This document shows, piece after piece, positions 1 through 13,379 of a DNA stretch of 64,000 bases. The notes under the pieces are model-generated. The model did no database searches. It was not told where the DNA came from and saw nothing but the letters and a program-made list of their open reading frames with translations. The first letter of the stretch is position 1, and the number at the start of each line of letters is the position of its first letter. This stretch comes from Eledone cirrhosa (taxonomy: Eukaryota), in contig OZ024743.1 of NCBI GenBank assembly GCA_964016885.1, positions 54,064,001-54,128,000 on the forward strand, written 5' to 3'. Made by a program: the position numbers and the translations under genes.

Positions 1-619
1 TACCAACCGATCGTAATGTCAACTACTATATGTTGAGTGACTGAGCGTGTAACTAAGTGTTCAACAAACAGCGAGTGACGAGGTAAGTAGTCACTGAAAC
101 ATCTAGATATCCCACATTTTTAGACCAACCAATCTTGATGTCAGTAAGTACCGTATATCTGTCTTTTGTTCAAGAACGGCTGGTGGGGTGATTATTGGGT
201 GAAACAACTAGATATTTACACCAGTTTATTTGTGGTAAAATACGCCATATAGTTTCTGTGTTGTAGAGCTCAGTTCCATTTCACACCGCTTATTTTAAAA
301 TTCACATAGACTTAAGTCATAATAAGTCATAATAAGTCATAGCATTGCCTACGTGTTCAGTTGTTGAGCACTCTTCTCAGTTATCAGATATTTTTCTTCG
401 ATGAACTAAGATTGCACTGGCTAGGTTTATGTACAGAAATATATATATATATATATATATAGTTTCGTTGACAAGTATATTAATGTGCACAGACACGCAG
501 ATATATTGCCCTTGTTATGTCAGTGTGGTTTGAGCTCAATGTAGGATAACTAGTATACTACAGAGCCGTTATAGGTTTAGGAATAACCAAAGAGTGCTTA
601 GAAATATATTGTTTTATTT

Positions 620-664
620 GCTAACAGTGTTTCATCCGTACCCTAAGGCAGGAAACATCAGAGC
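620..664 (-). ncRNA. Degenerate minimal type I hammerhead-ribozyme-like motif in a module next to (TA)n
   Basis: Minus strand reads gct-CTGATGT-ttcc..ggat-GAAAC-act-GTT-agc-aaataaa. Stem I is gct/agc, stem II is tcc/gga, and core A9 is replaced by T. Confidence 0.4.
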
Positions 665-769
665 TTATAAGCAAAAATATATCAAAGGTTGCAGGCTCCA
701 TCGAGCTCAGTCACCAGAACAAGGATAAGGGACAAGTAGGGGGGTCCCAAGGCCAGCGCTATATAGAAA

Positions 770-817
770 AACACACAATACATGACGCATATAATGACGC
801 GTCATGTATTGTGTGTT
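770..817. repeat. Hairpin with perfect 19-bp arms
   Basis: aacacacaatacatgacgc (770-788) pairs with gcgtcatgtattgtgtgtt (799-817) around a 10-nt loop. Confidence 0.9.
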
Positions 818-1394
818 AAAAAAAAACTTAGGAAAACAAAATTATTCATGATCCCCAGCGGGTGTATTTCTTAAATTTAAACTGCTGAAGTGTACTTAAC
901 TGTAGCGCCACGTATACTTATCCCTCAACGCCTCCGGTTTCGGCGAAAGGAGTCGTTGGCGAGTGAGTCAGATATCAGATCGTTGGACAACAAACGAAAA
1001 CACACAGGAAGGTTTAAATTCGGGAGAAGGGGGGGGGGGGGGAGTAAGTGAGAGGTGGAGTAATATTTCCCTATCTCTATATAGATAGCTTGACAGACGA
1101 ACAGGCAGTACCTATGTGCTAGAAAGAGCAGTAAACTTTCCCCCAACTCGCCCCTCCAATCCGTCTTCGGACAATAGGTCAATAGTGAGCATATTGGAGG
1201 CCAAATGTGTTGAAAACACACGAAAGCCTTAATTATAAGCAATTTCATTCAGTTTTATTTGCGGTCAACGTACAAACAAACTTCCTTTCTACAAGTATTA
1301 TAGATTATATAATGTTTACATTAAAAAAAAAAGAATGAAAGTAAGAGGAGAATGTGGAAGATACTACACCTCAGTCTGAGCTCTATTTCTGACC

Positions 1395-2310
1395 TTCCTC
1401 TTGCAGACAAAATGGCGAAATCATTGCCGCGGTGAACAGCGAGTGATACCCGCTATATTAGCCACTCCAACCCACGTAGCTTCTCTCTCAAGTGAAATTC
1501 ACTCCTCCCGATATTAGTTTCGAAAACGGCAGTTATAGGGTTGAAGAAGCCAGAGACTTTCACGGAAAAATGACGATATGTCAAGTCACGATATTTGGTA
1601 ATTTCCATCTGGTGAGTGTTACAGGCAGCAGTGCTCGAGTTTGGAGCTGAAGTAACAAAGCTGGAAGCGGAGAACATGTCTCAGCACGTATTAGAGATTT
1701 ATTCATCTCGAACAAGAAAAGGGTTATATCGTCTGGATGCCTGCCCTCACCACGGTCTGCGCTGGCAGGTTCAAATTATGATGGGAAGCCGGACACCTCA
1801 AAGCTCCTTCTGATAACAACGTTTAAGGTGTGTTTCCAAAGGAACCGACTTGTGCTGTGGCGCCAAGAGAGAAGATGTAGTCTGAATTCGTCGACCGTTG
1901 CTCCACAGCAACATTTGTATGGCTCACACACATGGAGGCCAAAGCGCAGGCACACTCATCATCAAGAAGGGCACCGTTTATGAGGAGCACAGCAAATTGA
2001 GCCATGCACCGCTGTATGGCGGGAAGACAGAACAAAAGCACATGAGACGATGTTGGCCCAAGAAAAACTCGATTCACCAAGAGACTGATCTTGTGTCATG
2101 TTTACTAGGGCACAATGAGGCCATCTTCAAACCAAACTGCCAAAGCAGACTTGATTTTTCGGCCCACATTGCAGAGAACGTCGCTGATGAGGGTTCAGCT
2201 GTATATGGGGACAAGTAGACCAGCAGTACACGGGCAAATGTTGCATGGAGGCCTAGGCCACAGCACCTGAAGGGAAATTCCGCCTGTTGCCAGCTAGAGG
2301 TAACGATAGG
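1395..2310 (-). mobile_element. CRE-clade non-LTR retrotransposon, degenerate 3' fragment (post-RT region, zinc knuckle, REL endonuclease)
   Basis: Minus-strand translation across frameshifts gives WQQAEFPFRCCGLGL, PYSGAWLN, PYKCCCGATVDEFRLHLLSWRHSTSRFLWKHTLNVVIRRSF, GFPS*FEPASADRGEGRHPDDITL, ITKYRDL and WLI*RVSLAVHRGNDFAIL. These follow CRE motifs QAxLPxxxGGLG, CxCGxxVD..H.LSC, EP...DGxRPDG and QRxSxAxQRGNA in order. Confidence 0.8.
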
Positions 2311-2639
2311 AGTGTATGTTCAATGAAATGTTTGACCACAAGAACAGCAGTCTAACACCCGCATTTAATCCCTACATCGAGCTGGACAGGGAGCAGTTTC
2401 CTGCTGAGTTTCAACATAACTGCCATGCAAGCTATTGTGTACACAATGTAGACTATTCTTTTCCAGTTTGGATTCCTTCCTTGACTAACATTCTTTTTCA
2501 ATTCCCCACTTCCTTAAAATTCTTCCCTTGGTATTTGAAATTCTTCGCCTGAGAGCGAAATGCCTCCTGTTTGACAATCACGGACATATACTGAGAGAAA
2601 GGGAAAGTGATAAGACAGAGCTAAAGAAATTGTGGAATG

Positions 2640-3016
2640 TTAGACAGATAGATAGAGAGGTATAGAATGTTAGCTGTTAACCATAGTGTTAGTTATATAA
2701 CGATAGATAGATGGGTATAGAGTGTTAATGAGTTAGAGAAATATAGTGTGTTAGACAATTAGTGATAGAGAAGTATAGTGTTAGACAGTTTGATAGAGAT
2801 ACAAAAGTATAGGGGCAGACATACAGACATATATATGTCTTTATTTGCCACAGGGGCGCACAAGAAAAGGGGTTGACATATAGATTGATAGATAGACAGA
2901 TAGCTAGATCACTAGATAGACCACTAGATAGCCCGATATATAAACCACTAGATAAACCACAAGATAGAGAGATAGATAGGTCACTAAATAAACCATTAGA
3001 TAGAGAGATAGATATG
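2640..3016. repeat. Degenerate (GATA)n / ccactagatag simple repeat flanking the Tx1-like fragment
   Basis: Repeated tagatagatag and ccactagatag units, with the same motif resuming at 3920-4000. Confidence 0.7.
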
Positions 3017-3912
3017 TTTCTTTATTAGCCACAGAGGCACAAAAGAAGGGGACAAATACAAAGGGGGAAGTTTACATACAATAAAAACGTGTAAAATATT
3101 ATCACAAATGCAATTTAAAATTAGTCGATTTTCCCCAATAGGGGGAGAGAGAGTTCATATGGGTATTACCCCGCGAAAAAATGTGCAACCCTCATCTCCA
3201 GGAGTACGAAGAGTTTGTACTCCTTCCTCTCCTCCTCTTTTTCCTCAGCCTACAGGCTGATATAGAGAGAAGGCCCATTCACTCGGGCCATTCTCGCCAC
3301 TTTCACCCACCTTTCATAAAACTTGCTGGGGTACAGCACCTCTCTTTCCATCCTGATTCTTCTTCCAAAGTGGTATTTGAAAAAAAGAATCAGTTGTTGG
3401 CCGGAGAGAAAGGTGTCTGACCCCCAGCCCTTTCAACCTTGTCCACCATACAATCTCTTTCGCCATAGCTATCACACAAAGGAAATCCGCCTCTCCTTCG
3501 TTTTTGAAGGAGGGTCGCGGTTTGATCATGACAATGGACTCGGTGGTCAACCGGATTGGTCCCACCCGCGACAATAGTCATTCTACATAGCCCCACAGGT
3601 CGGCGACGCCCGAGCAGTGTATGAATGCGTGCGCGACGGTTTCTTCGTCTCGCACGCACCTCGGACAGATCTTTTTTGCAGGATCTCTGCCCGGGCGCCC
3701 ATGTCTGTAGAGCTTGTCTCGAACTGGTAGAGCTCCTCGGTAGCACTGCCAGGCCAGGGACTTTTGGAAGTTGTCCATCGGTCCCGGGCGGAAGGTCCTA
3801 CCGAACAGACTGGCCAGTTCGTCTTCCTCTACATCTAGCGTTTTCACCGAGCGCGTCGTCGCACTTGCTGCGGATCACCCTCTATAGAATGACGAAGTGG
3901 AGTCTCCACTGA
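3017..3912 (-). mobile_element. L1/Tx1-type LINE, 5'-truncated 3' fragment (ORF2 C-terminal zf-RVT region plus 3' UTR)
   Basis: ORF 3578-3847(-) has LAWQCYRGALPVRDKL and CPRC..DEETVAHAFIHC..LW. It continues in ORF 3314-3574(-) with IAMAKEIVWWTR. AATAAA lies on the minus strand at 3021-3026. Confidence 0.8.
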
Positions 3913-4245
3913 TCGAAGATCACTAGACAGACCACTAGACAGACCAACAGATAGAGATAGGTAGAGCTACAGATATACGAATAGATAGGTATAGATAGCG
4001 TGAAGAGAAAGGTATAGAGTAAGAAATACCGAAATAGAATGAAAAGTTAATACACGGCTGATAAAAACTGTACATTTCATTCTAACGCCATTTTAAAAAA
4101 AAGAAAGTTCATTGAATTTCGAAGCTGGCTCTCGCTTGACTACACAACAACATTAACAAAGAAGAAACTGTTGGATCAACTGATGCACACAACTCTTTAT
4201 AATCCTGTTAAGATGTTCTCGTGACGTCTCTGTCCCTCTCTGTAG

Positions 4246-7200
4246 ATGGGTGTTGGAATTGATAGTGTTGGCGATGTTATTGATAGTAGTGGTGGTGGTG
4301 GTGGTGGTGGTGGTGGTGGTGTTGATAGTGTTGGCGGTGTTATGGATAGTGGTGGTGGTGGTGTTATTGATAGTGTTCGCGGTGTTATTGATAGTGGTGG
4401 TGGTGTTATTGATAGTGGTACTGATAGTGTTGGCGGTGTTATGGATAATGTAGATGGTGTTAGTGGTGGTAGTGTAGATGGTGTCGGTGTGGGTGGTGGT
4501 AGTGTAGTTGCTGGTGGTGATGGTAGTGTAGATGGTGGTAGTGTTGGTGGTGGTAGTGTAGATGGTGGTGGTGTTGGTGGTGGTAGTGTAGATGGTGGTG
4601 GTAGTGTAGATGGTGGTAGTGTTGGTGATGGTAGTGTAGATGGTGGTGGTGTTGGTGGTGGTAGTGTAGATGGTGGCGGTGTTGGTGGTGGTAGTGTAGA
4701 TGGTGGTAGTGTTGGTGGTTGTGTTGTGTTGTTGGTGGTTGTGACGATGTTGGTAATGGTTGTGTTGTGTTGTTGGTGGTTGTGACGATGTTGGTAATGG
4801 TTGTGTTGGTGGTGGTTGTGACGATGTTGGTAATGGTTGTGTTGGTGGTGGTTGTGACGATGTTGGTAATGGTTGCGTTGTGTTGTTGGTGGTTGTGATG
4901 ATCTTGGTAATGGTTGTGTTGTGTTGTTGGTGGTTGTGACGATGTTGCTAATGGTTGTGTTGATCGTGGTGGTGACGATGTTGTAATGGTTGTTTGTGGT
5001 GGTTGTGAAATTGTTTGTAATGGTTGTGTTGTGTTGAGCTAATGGTTGTGTTGGTGGTGGTTTTGACGATGTTGGTAATGGTGGTGTTGGTTGTGGTGGT
5101 GGTGGTGACGATGTTGTAATGGTTGTTTGTGGTGGTTGTGAAATTGTTTGTAATGGTTGTGTTGTGTTGAGGTAATGGTTGTGTTGGTGGTGGTTGTGAC
5201 GATGTTGGTAATGGTGGTGTTGGTTGTGGTGGTGGTGGTGACGATGTTGTAATGGTTGTGTTGTATTGGTCGTGGTGGTGACGATGTTGGTAATGGCTGT
5301 GTTGGTGGTGGTGGTGGTGACGATGTTGTAATGGTTGTGTTGTGTTGTTGGTTGTTGCGACTATGTGGGTAATGGTTGTGTTGGTGGTGGTGGTGACGAT
5401 GTTGGTAATGGTTGTGTTGTGTTGTTGGTTGTTGCGACTATGTGGGTAATGGTTGTGTTGGTGGTGGTGGTGACGATGTTGTAATGGTTGTGTTGTGTTG
5501 TTGGTTGTTGCGACTATGTGGGTAATGGTTGTGTTGGTGGTGGTGGTGACGATGTTGGTAATGGTTGTGTTGTGTTGCTGGTTGTTGTGACGATGTTGGT
5601 AATGGTTGTGTTGGTGGTGGTGGTGACAATGTTGGTAATGGTTGTGTTGTTGGCTGTTGTGACTATGTTGGTAATGGTTGTGTTGGTGGTGGTTGTGACG
5701 ATGTTAGTAATGGTTGTGTTGTGTTGCTGGTTGTTGTGACGATGTTGGTAATGGTTGTGTTGGTGGTGGATGTGACGATGTTAGTAATGGTTGTGTTGTG
5801 TTGGTGGTGGTTGTGACGATGTTGGTAATGGTTGTGTTGGTGGTGGTTGTGACGATGTTAGTAATGGTTGTGTTGTGTTGGTGGTGGTTGTGAAATTGTT
5901 TGTAATGGTTGTGTTGTGTTGAGGTAATGGTTGTGTTGGTGGTGGTTGTGACAATGTTGGTAATGGTTGTATTGTGTTGTTGGTGGTTGTGACGATGTTG
6001 GTAATAGTTGTGTTGGTGGTGGTGACGATGTTGGTAATGGTGGTGTTGGTGGTGGTGTGGTGGTGACGATGTTATAATGGTTGTGTGTGTTGGTCGTGGT
6101 GGTGACGATGTTGGTAATGGTTGTGTTGTTGGTTGTGGTTGTGACGATGTTGGTAATGGTGGTGGTGTTGGTTGTGGTGGTGGTGGTGACAATGTTGTAA
6201 TGGTTGTGTTGTGTTGTTGGTTGTTGTGATGATATTGGTAATGGTTGTGTTGGTGGTGGGTGGTGACTATGTTGGTAATGGTTATGTTGGTGGTGGTTGT
6301 GACGATTTTGGTAATGGTGGTGTTGGTGGTTGTGACGATGTTGGTAATGGTTGTGTTGTGTTGGTGGTGGTGTTGGTGGTGGTTGTGACGATGTTGGTAA
6401 TGGTGGTGTTGGTGGTGGTGGTGACGATGTTGCTAATGGTTGTGTTATGTTGCTGGTGGTGTTGGTGGTGGTTGTGACGATGTTGGTAATGGTGGTGTTG
6501 GTGGTTGTGACGATGTTGGTAATGGTGGTGTTGGTGGTTGTGACGATGTTGGTAATGGTGGTGTTGGTGGTTGTGACGATATTGGTAATGGTGGGTGGTG
6601 GTGGTGACGATGTTGGTAATGGTGGTGTTGGTGGTTGTGTCGATGTTGGTAATGGTGGTGTTAGTGGTTGTGACGATATTGGTAATGGTGGTGTTGGTGG
6701 TTGTGACGATGTTGTTAATGGTTGTGTTGTTGGTGGTGGTTGTGACGAGGTTGGTAATGGTTGTGTTGTTGGTGGTTGTGACGAGGTTGGTAATGGTTGT
6801 GTTGGTGATTGTGACGATGTTGGTAATGGTGGTGTTGGTGGTGGTGGTTGTGACGAGGTTGGTAATGGTTGTGTTGTTGGTGGTTGTGACGAGGTTGGTA
6901 ATGGTTGTGTTGGTGATTGTGACGATGTTGGTAATGGTGGTGTTGGTGGTGACGATGTTGGTAATGGTGGTGTTGGTGATTGTGACGATGTTGGTAATGG
7001 TGGTGTTGGTGGTTGTCACGATGTTGGTATTGGTAGTGTTGGTTGTGACGATGTTGGTAATGGTGGTGTTGGTGGTTGTCACGATGTTGGTAATGGTGGT
7101 GTTGGTGGTGGTGGTTGTGACGAGGTTGGTAATGGTTGTGTTGTTGGTGGTTGTGACGAGGTTGGTAATGGTTGTGTTGGTGATTGTGACGATGTTGGTA

Positions 7201-7745
7201 ATGGTGGTGTTGGTGGTGGTGGTTGTGACGAGGTTGGTAATGGTTGTGTTGTTGGTGGTTGTGACGAGGTTGGTAATGGTTGTGTTGGTGATTGTGACGA
7301 TGTTGGTAATGGTGGTGTTGGTGGTGACGATGTTGGTAATGGTGGTGTTGGTGATTGTGACGATGTTGGTAATGGTGGTGTTGGTGGTTGTCACGATGTT
7401 GGTATTGGTAGTGTTGGTTGTGACGATGTTGGTAATGGTGGTGTTGGTGGTTGTCACGATGTTGGTAATGGTTGTGTTGGTGGTGGTGGTTGTGACGAGG
7501 TTGGTAATGGTTGTGTTGTTGGTGGTTGTGACGAGGTTGGTAATGGTTGTGTTGTTGGCGGTTGTGATGATTTGGGTGATATTGACGATGATAAGGGCGA
7601 TGGGCATCGTGGTATTGAATGTGGTATTGATTGAAAAGTTGACGGTGACGGTGATGTTGTGTGTGATAGTCACGTGGGTGATAACGGTGGTGTTTTGACC
7701 AGTGTTGAGAGTGTTTGGTGGTGTTGAGAACTGTATTGATAGTAT
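4246..7745. repeat. GGT/GTT-rich minisatellite (about 30-36 bp unit GGTGGTTGTGACGATGTTGGTAATGGTTGTGTT) with a 375-bp higher-order duplication
   Basis: Tandem units are visible directly. The diagnostic variant ggtattggtagtgttgg occurs at 7026 and 7401. Confidence 0.95.
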
Positions 7746-7848
7746 TAGTGGTGGGGGTTCACAGTGCCGGCTGTTGACTTTGATCTTGAGGATGTCGTGC
7801 AGCGTATTGAACCCAGAATCACTTTATTACGAAACGAACTATGATATA

Positions 7849-7877
<29 letters not shown>

Positions 7878-7879
<2 letters not shown>

Positions 7880-8672
7880 GTTTCGGTTATTTGTCGGAGA
7901 TTCCTTCATAGAAGCCTCATTCTTATAGCCTGGTCTATTCAATTTTTTATATAGTTAATTATGCTAATTGGGGAGAGGAAATGGTATATATTTTATCTTG
8001 TGATTCTATAGACATGTTTTATGATATATAGCTCTGATTATTTAATTTATTAAATTTTCAATGAGCCACAAAGTGACCCGTTGCAAAACACGTATATGTA
8101 TATGTATGTATATATATATGTAAACTTTTAATGTAATAATCTCCTATTAGGTTGAGATACAAATTTGGCTGTATTGTGCTGTGCTTTCTAGCAAAAAGCC
8201 ACCAGTCGTAAGCAACTACCACACCCCTTCCAACCTGACCGCGACTACGTCACGATTCTTAGCCATTTTGAATGAATTCTTGGCGCGATCACTTTGGAAA
8301 ATTTAGTGTCTAGATCAGAGCAAATCTCCTGATGAATCCGGTGCTCGAGTTATATAATTATTACATAATTATTGGAAATCGTCAAAATGCGGATGAAACC
8401 ATGGTAGAGGTATTTAAATGTATTCTATTTTCTCCTACTTTATTTTACACCTAATTCTGTTTAGTTGACTGTATCTGGGCGATTACGCTGTCGAAATATT
8501 CGATAAATATTCGTTGCGGCCGACGCGAAGGGCTAGTTTCGGTTATTTGTTGGAGAATTCTTCATAGAAGCCTCATTCTTATAGCCTGGTCTATTCAATT
8601 TTTTATATAGTTTATGCTAATTGGGAGAGGAAATGGTATATATTTTATCTTGTGATTCTATAGACATGTTTT

Positions 8673-8678
<6 letters not shown>
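7878..8678. repeat. Pair of about 145-bp direct repeats (7878-8030 and 8535-8678) bounded by (TA)n
   Basis: tagtttcggttatttgt...gacatgttttatgatatata is present twice with few differences. Confidence 0.9.
8135..8537 (+). mobile_element. Putative non-autonomous Helitron-like element between the direct repeats
   Basis: The 3' end has a GC-rich imperfect hairpin (ttcgttgcggccgacgcgaa) followed by CTAG|T. The 5' end taatctcctattaggttgagatacaaatttggctg resembles 43497-43560. Confidence 0.45.
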
Positions 8679-10197
<1,519 letters not shown>

Positions 10198-11454
10198 GTA
10201 AAACGTATAAAAAGAAAAAAAAAAACTCTCAGCCCCTATATACAACGTCCATAAATTTCCCGTTAAACAGTTCGGTCGGTTTTGAAAATATATATATAAA
10301 TAAACAAAATGATAAAAATAAATGTCGCCCATGTCAAGTAAACAACGAGAGAAAAGGGAGGTTATCACGAAGGTCGAACGTTTAATACTAAAATATACTT
10401 GAAAAAATATATACATATATATATACATGTAAAAACCAATAAATTGTATGAAAGTAATGATTTTTATTTTATTTCAATTTATCGACATGTTGAAATTACT
10501 GACTTACAAGAATTAACCAATAATTAAAGCAATTCAATAAAAAAAAGTCTTTAAAAATATATATAGAAGTACAAACAATGGGAAAAAAAGCTTATAATAA
10601 ATATGATGTTGAAAATTTTCTACAAGATCTATTTAATGATCCAAGCAGCGTTTTACAACAACGGACTGACTTTTATTGCTTAATAGCTACAATAAAACCT
10701 GTCGGCTGGCAATTGTGTAAAATTGATGATGACGATGGTGACTATGATGACGACGACGACGAGTATGCTGGCGACGATGATGATGACAAGGCTTGGAGTA
10801 AATTTAATGATATATGCAGCTCTTAGACGAAAGGATATCTATCAGCTTGTGATATTAACAAGATGCAGTTGAACTACTCTCTTTTTCCACCTCCACCACC
10901 ATCACAACATTCATACACTGACATACTACGGCGCACGCGCACACTAAACTGTATGTGTGAAGCTTTTTAAAAAGGAAGCCATTTTTATTAGACTGTGTTA
11001 GCGAAAGGAACATGAATGTATTTATATTTATAAGAAATTGAATACTAATCGAATTGATTAGCTGTCAACTATAGTAAACAGAGTATTTAGGGACACATAT
11101 TTGTCAGTTGTAATATATATAATTCCTGTCACATCTCCTTCTGCTATGACACCTGCAAGATTTAGTGTCGTAAATCTTACAATTACGACAAGAAGATAGA
11201 TGTTGTGTCATGAACGTTGCAAAGAGAACAGTAATAACGTTTAATGTCACATATCTGTCAACTTTGACATCATCTAGACAACATTTCCACATATAACACA
11301 GCAACTATATAACACTTCAACCTGTATAACGTGCTTCCAGCTTTGTGGTTGATCTCTCCAACAAATAGACACTAGTCAAGTAAAAAGTAGGGAGCAAAAA
11401 CAGTGTAGCTAACCCAAATAGTGTATGTGTATGTACATTTGTGTATATGTATAG

Positions 11455-11815
11455 CTGCGTGGCTCATTAGAGGTCACGGTGTTCTCACAGTCGTGAAGTC
11501 GCGAGTTCGATTCCTGGTGGTGTATTGTTTTCTGGAGCAAGACTGTTTTAGCGGACAAACAGTGCTTCAACAGTGTTTGTGTATATGGGTGGAGACATGT
11601 TTCCCAGATATTGGTGTTCGCCTCATTATCGTAAAGTCCTTGCGCAAGAAGGATCAGCATTATCACAAATTTTGCCAAGCTGAATTTTCCCCAAAACTAC
11701 TTTAAAGATGCACGTTTCTGTAGAATACTCAGCCACTTGCACGTTAATTTAACGTATAAACTGTTCAGTTGTTTAAACTAGAATATCTATCGTCGGAAAC
11801 GACGGAAGCCCAATA
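11455..11815 (+). mobile_element. tRNA-derived SINE (family A), degenerate
   Basis: A-box-like cgtggctcattagagg, B box gagttcgattcc, then ggagcaagac and 3' gaatactcagccacttgcacgttaattt. The last is shared with 14975-15300(-), 44862-45110, 48700-49022(-) and 63100-63390. Confidence 0.7.
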
Positions 11816-12164
11816 ACAATTTGTGTGTGTGTGTGTGAGCGCGAGTGGATGTGTATGAAAGTTGAATGGATATACGAGTATACCAACATATACACTCATG
11901 CGCTGCACTAACACGCGCACATGCGCACACACACCACATACGAATATATGCCTATGAATCTGTACAGATGTTTTTGTGACATTGTACGTATGTAAGAGAG
12001 GAAGTGTATACATGTGTGTGCATGTGTGTATACGTGTGCTAGAAAGAGAATATGGTGAAACGTCTCCATAAGAGCTGAAGCCATTAATTCCATCAATAAC
12101 AGTTAACAGAATTTGACAATTGACACCACACCTCGGATAACCCTCTTTAGCTATGGCATCTCCT

Positions 12165-12335
12165 CAACAATAATGGTAATGGTTTTAAATTTAGGTACAA
12201 GACTAGCAATTTTGAGAGGGGAATTTCGGTTAAATCGAACCCAGTACTTGACTGATACATTATTTTAACGACTCTGAAAGGGTGAAAGGCAATGTTGACC
12301 TCGGCGTGATCTAAATAGTCGGAACAAATGCCATA
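12165..12335 (-). mobile_element. SINE (family B) fragment
   Basis: Reverse complement of the gcctttcatcc...aaaat..gtaccag central domain and the ccttgtacctaaattt tail. Confidence 0.6.
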
Positions 12336-13133
12336 AAGTATTTTTCCTGATTCCCAACCAATGATTTCTTTTATAGGCCATAAAACCCCCAAACATTCGG
12401 AATAGTACAGGAACAAAATACAGAACATTTTTTTTTTAAAAACCAAGGAAACATTGCTCTCATTGATATTTCTATTGCTGACATTATCTGACTGTTGTAA
12501 CTCCTGCTAGAAAGAAGCACGGGAAATAAAGTAGTTTGCTCAAGAAACAAAGCGCCATAATTCTATGATAATGCGTCCGGGGACCTAACCATTAGGTCAC
12601 GTGCTTTAGCTGATGAAGGCTTGGACAGAGAGAAGCTTTGTCCTGAAAACTTTTAATCGTGTCTCGCAATAGACAGAGGTAAACTAGTCACCTGCCGTTA
12701 CTAAAGGGAAAAGGCGGTTTGCTAATCATAATAGACACTGCTGATAGCTGGGTTTATAATATACGTGAGAGCAGCCGTCAGGCGCTCCTTTCACATTGCT
12801 ATCTCTGTAACTTGCTCTATGCAAAGCGTAACGAGGGTGACTCTAACTTTTGTCATACATGAAATACGTCATATTGAAAACCACGTGTAATATAGCATGT
12901 TGAAAGATTTCAGTCACCGACTAATTCAATTTAATCTGGTGTTTTTTATAACCCCCCCCCCCCCCCCCCATAAAACCGTCACGAGAGAAAACACCAATAA
13001 GATCAGATATTCGACATTTTTGGATTGGAACGGGTCTTGTCTTCAAACCAACTGGTAAAAGCAACGGGCATATTCTGGTCTTCTTTAACTTCATCGACGA
13101 ATCATATACTACTCAGCTAACAACATTGTGGTA

Positions 13134-13223
13134 TATATATTCTATAACTGCAACGATACAGAGAAGATAAGCATGGTCCATGCACAAGGATGACGCGCAA
13201 ATTCGTGGAGCGTTCCATATTTT
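13134..13223 (+). pseudogene. U6: U6 snRNA pseudogene lacking the 5' stem-loop
   Basis: aacgatACAGAGAagataAGCatggtccatgcacaaggatgacgcgcaaattcgtggagcgttccatatttt is colinear with U6 (ACAGAGA box, AGC triad, ISL, 3' end) and carries several substitutions. Confidence 0.9.
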
Positions 13224-13225
13224 CT

Positions 13226-13286
13226 AAAGGGCGGTGCTTCAGCATGGCCTCAGCCGGATGACTGGAACAGGTAAAAGAATAAAAGA
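13226..13286 (+). mobile_element. Retroposon 3' tail fused directly behind the U6 copy
   Basis: ggcggtgcttcagcatggcctcagccggatgactggaacaggtaaaagaataaaaga resembles, from memory, a common octopus SINE/LINE 3' terminus ending in an aaaga repeat. Confidence 0.55.
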
Positions 13287-13379
13287 TATATATATATATA
13301 TAGCGAGGGAAAAGTGGTAAGGAACCAGGTGGACCATAACGCACCAAAGTACTCAATACTTAGGGTAGTAGAGTGGGTA

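Noticed and set aside
1616-2218. Plus-strand ORFs as a LINE ORF1 or host exon
   Set aside because: They are better explained as the antisense of the CRE fragment.
6282-7698. 463-, 427- and 367-aa ORFs as real proteins
   Set aside because: They are open in several frames on both strands because the repeat unit lacks stops. Kept only as a low-confidence pseudo-exon hypothesis.
4246-7745. CRISPR-like array
   Set aside because: The units are contiguous with no unique spacers, there are no cas genes, and the context is eukaryotic.
8329-8385. CTGATGA...GAAATCGTC as a hammerhead
   Set aside because: No convincing stem I, II or III.
10578-10826. 82-aa ORF with an acidic tail
   Set aside because: The tail is a (GAT/GAC)n repeat, with no recognisable domain or splice support.
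13134-13223. Functional U6 gene
   Set aside because: The 5' stem-loop is missing, there are several substitutions including in the ISL, and it is fused to a repeat tail.
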